From the NCBI GenBank assembly GCA_963850905.1, contig CAWKMU010000003.1, forward strand, positions 2,176,001-2,240,000: a stretch of 64,000 nucleotides of DNA, read 5' to 3'. Shown here piece after piece: positions 61,052 to 64,000 of the stretch. The notes below the pieces were generated by a model. It did not search any database and was not told where the DNA came from. It saw nothing but the letters and a program-made list of their open reading frames with translations. How positions within the stretch are numbered: the stretch's first letter is position 1; each line of letters begins with the position of its first letter. The DNA is from an uncultured Gemmatimonadales bacterium. GTDB taxonomy: Bacteria > Gemmatimonadota > Gemmatimonadetes > Gemmatimonadales > Gemmatimonadaceae. Both the position numbers and the translations under genes were made by a program.

Positions 61052-61681
61052 ATGCCTTCAACACGTCAGCAAGCCGCGATATCCCATTGGGGGCCAGTCT
61101 TCCTGGCGCTGTGCGTCGCCGCGCCCACTGGTCTCGGTGCGCAAACCCGGCACGTGGGGACGGTCCAGGTCACACTCGAGACGACGGCGGGTCGCATCAC
61201 CCTCGCGATCGACACCCTGCATGCCCCGGTCAGCGGCAAGAATTTCCTGAAGTATGTCGACGACCATTTCTATGATGGTGGCCGGTTCTTCCGCACCGTG
61301 CGCGCTGACAACCAGGCGACGGACCCGGTGCACATCGCCGTGATTCAGGCGGTTGCCGACTCGGCCCGCTCGCGCGAGCAGTTCCCGCCGATCGCGCTCG
61401 AGCGCACGACCGTCACCGGGTTGCACCACCTGGACGGCACGCTGTCAATGGCGCGAAACGTCCCCAACTCGGCGACCTCGAGCTTTTTCATCTGTGTCGG
61501 CGACCAACCCGCGCTCGACTTCGGCGGCGCCCGCAATGCCGACGGGCAAGGATTTGCCGCTTTCGGACACGTCATCGAGGGAATGGATGTCGTTCGGACG
61601 ATCTGGAGTGCTCGCGCCGACGGCCAACGTCTCACGCCGCCCGTCGCCATCGTCCGCGCCTATCGCGCGCACGGCGCTTGA
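61052..61681 (+). CDS. Exported cyclophilin-type peptidyl-prolyl isomerase
   Basis: APVSGKNFLKYVD, HLDGTLSMAR, SATSSFFIC, GFAAFGHVIEGMDVV. Confidence 0.88.
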   Translation: MPSTRQQAAISHWGPVFLALCVAAPTGLGAQTRHVGTVQVTLETTAGRITLAIDTLHAPVSGKNFLKYVDDHFYDGGRFFRTVRADNQATDPVHIAVIQAVADSARSREQFPPIALERTTVTGLHHLDGTLSMARNVPNSATSSFFICVGDQPALDFGGARNADGQGFAAFGHVIEGMDVVRTIWSARADGQRLTPPVAIVRAYRAHGA

Positions 61682-61879
61682 CACGGCTCTAACCAACGAC
61701 CAATTGCGCCTAAGTGCTCCCCCCAAGCTGACTTAAGCGTAAAGGCAAGAAGCGCGCATCGCGCGGGGTCGCTAAGCGGTCCTGCGGCGCGCTGTCATCC
61801 CAACCCCAACGAGGAGGAACCGTTCTGGCGATCAATCCAAGGCGAACGAGCACAAACGAACAACCAATGGGGGTATCGA

Positions 61880-64000
61880 GTGCTGACAATTCTGTGGAAG
61901 CACTGGCCGCGCGTACTGTCTGCGTTGGCCGTTTTGAGTGGCGTGCTAGCGTTCAGTCCACGAGCAGATGCTCAGGCCACGACTCGCCGACTCACCGGGC
62001 ACGTGGTCGACGCGGAGGGTGGCGCCCCAGTGCCGGGGGCGACCGTGTTGGTCAACGGCACCACCCTGGGCACGCAGACGAGTGACAGCGGAGCCTTTGG
62101 GGTACGTGTGCCCGACGGACCGCTAACCCTTACGGTGCGAAGGCTCGGATACACCGCAGCGACGGTGAACGTCTCGGCAACAGACGACAACCTGCGGGTG
62201 AGTCTCACGCGGGACGTCCTGCATCTGCAAGAGCAGGTTGTGACCGGTGTGACCACAACGGTGGGATCCGAGAACGCTGCCAACGACGTGGCGGTCGTGA
62301 ACTCGGACGAGCTTAACCGCGTACCAGCGCCGACGATCGAGAACGCGCTTCAGGGGAAGGTGCCGGCCGCAATCATCCAACAGAACAACGGAGGAGCTCC
62401 CGGCGGCGGCATGCAGATCCAGATCCGCGGAGTCACATCGATCTTCGCCAATGCCTATCCGCTCTACGTTATCGACGGCATCATGGTCAACAACGAGACC
62501 GCCAACAGCGGTCTCAACACAATTAGCCAGGCAGGTGGCGGTACCAACGGCTCGGGCGTCGGACCGGACGAGCAGGACACGAGCCCCAATCGGATTGCAG
62601 ACATCAATCCTGATGACATCCAGAGCATCGAGGTGTTGAAAGGAGCCTCCGCTTCAGCGATTTACGGCTCGAAGGCGTCGGCGGGCGTGATCATCATCAC
62701 GACCAAGAAAGGAACTGCAGGTAAGCCGCAGTGGACCTTCTCACAGAAAGTCGGGCAGTTCGCCATCTCGAACACCTACGGGCTGCGCACCTTCCCGACG
62801 CTCGCCAGCGCAGAGGCGTGGGGGAACGAGTACGGCTACACCCAGGAGTTCATCAACAGCGTGTACGGCGGTCCGCAAGACTACCAGGCGCAGCTGTTCG
62901 GCAACAACCAGCTGTCGTACGAGACTGACCTGAGCGTCAGCGGCACGTCTGGCCAGACGCAGTATTTCATCTCGGGTCTCGCCAAGTACGACAACGGATC
63001 CCAGTTGAATACCGGCTACAACAAGCAGACGCTGCGGGCCAACGTGACCCAGGGCATCCTGACGAACCTGTCCGCCACGCTGAACCTCAATTTCGCGCAC
63101 TCCCTCACCCGTCGAGGACTCACGGGAAACGACAACATCGGCGCTAGCCCGTATACCGTTTTCTCGTATACGCCACAACTGGTGTCCCTCAACCACGAGA
63201 ACCCGGACGGGAGTTGGCCACTGAATCCGTTCGGACCGGCGAATCCGTTCGCGGACGCGGCCGAGATGCAAACACCCGAGGAAGTCTCTCGTGGGATCGC
63301 CGGCGGGAACATCGACTGGACTCCTTGGCAGACCGAGCATCAGTCGTTGCGCGTGACGCTGGTCGGAGGCGCCGATTACACGTACCAGAGCGACTTGTTT
63401 TTCGCACCCCCCAGCCTGCAGGTCGAACAGGTCATTCCCTCGGGCCTGCCGGGCGTGTCGCAGGACAACTATGCCAACACCACGTATCTGACCTATTCGA
63501 TCAACCTGGTCCATCACTACACCGGACTGTCGTGGTTGGATGCGACGACCTCCATCGGATACGTGCGTGAGAAGCGATCGCTCGACAACCCGACGGCCGC
63601 TGGCCAGAATCTGATCGCGGGTGCGAACGCGCCGACACTCGGCGCGGTGCAGACGGTCACGTATAGCGCGTACGAGACGAAAGACCAGTCGCTGTACGCT
63701 CAGGAGCAGGCTTTGCTGCTGCAACAGCGCCTGGCGCTGACCGCCGGCATCACCGCCGAGAAAACGACGAACGACGGCGACATCAACAAGTTCTATCCGT
63801 TTCCGCGGTTCTCGGCGTCGTACCGCATCCCCCAGTTTGCCAGCTGGTTCGATGAGCTCAAACTGCGCGCGGCGTATGGCCAGTCTGGGACGCAGCCGAA
63901 CTACGGCGTCAAGTACACGCCATTCAACGAGGGAACCACGAGCGGCGTGGCCGGGGTGTATTCAAACCTGTTGATCGGCAACCCGAACATTACACCTGAA
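61880..64000 (+). CDS. SusC/RagA-family TonB-linked outer membrane protein, truncated by the window end
   Basis: Absent from the ORF track because it has no stop in the window. Manual translation gives a signal peptide, VPGATVLV, PLYVIDG, DINPDDIQSIEVLKGASASAIYGSKASAGVIIITTKKG. Confidence 0.9.
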   Translation, partial: MLTILWKHWPRVLSALAVLSGVLAFSPRADAQATTRRLTGHVVDAEGGAPVPGATVLVNGTTLGTQTSDSGAFGVRVPDGPLTLTVRRLGYTAATVNVSATDDNLRVSLTRDVLHLQEQVVTGVTTTVGSENAANDVAVVNSDELNRVPAPTIENALQGKVPAAIIQQNNGGAPGGGMQIQIRGVTSIFANAYPLYVIDGIMVNNETANSGLNTISQAGGGTNGSGVGPDEQDTSPNRIADINPDDIQSIEVLKGASASAIYGSKASAGVIIITTKKGTAGKPQWTFSQKVGQFAISNTYGLRTFPTLASAEAWGNEYGYTQEFINSVYGGPQDYQAQLFGNNQLSYETDLSVSGTSGQTQYFISGLAKYDNGSQLNTGYNKQTLRANVTQGILTNLSATLNLNFAHSLTRRGLTGNDNIGASPYTVFSYTPQLVSLNHENPDGSWPLNPFGPANPFADAAEMQTPEEVSRGIAGGNIDWTPWQTEHQSLRVTLVGGADYTYQSDLFFAPPSLQVEQVIPSGLPGVSQDNYANTTYLTYSINLVHHYTGLSWLDATTSIGYVREKRSLDNPTAAGQNLIAGANAPTLGAVQTVTYSAYETKDQSLYAQEQALLLQQRLALTAGITAEKTTNDGDINKFYPFPRFSASYRIPQFASWFDELKLRAAYGQSGTQPNYGVKYTPFNEGTTSGVAGVYSNLLIGNPNITPE

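Overview
High-GC bacterial chromosomal window with no rRNA, tRNA, CRISPR array or transposase recognisable. The gene content (SusC-type TonB receptors, a VPS10/BNR glycosyl hydrolase, TonB C-terminal proteins, a Ku/LigD pair, an ECF42/YciI pair) resembles Gemmatimonadota; this assignment is inference. In order, the window holds: an ECF sigma/zinc anti-sigma pair; a large surface lipoprotein; a cyclophilin, a TonB receptor and a D-aminoacylase; a CcdA-TlpA pair converging on an exported peroxiredoxin; a CysL-like LysR regulator divergent from an RND-MFP-TolC-TauE-DUF1634 operon; DUF72-Ku/LigD; ECF42-YciI; a GMC dehydrogenase; an amidase-M20-dapD run; and a large phenylacetate (paa) catabolic cluster with no paaE. 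The paa cluster is flanked by an IorAB-type molybdo-oxidoreductase and a fused 2-oxoacid dehydrogenase E1. The strongest hidden signal is the peroxiredoxin at 15141-15737 (-). The ORF track splits it in two, but it reads through an in-frame UGA exactly at the peroxidatic Cys position, followed by a SECIS-like hairpin. This points to an exported, Cys-free selenoprotein next to a probable dedicated reducing chain. Intergenic regions carry GTAG-type REP elements and inverted heptamer arrays, one of them telomere-like and G-quadruplex-prone. Many single-base frameshifts cluster at about 16-19.4 kb and 48-53 kb and probably reflect long-read consensus errors, so starts and ends of those genes are approximate.
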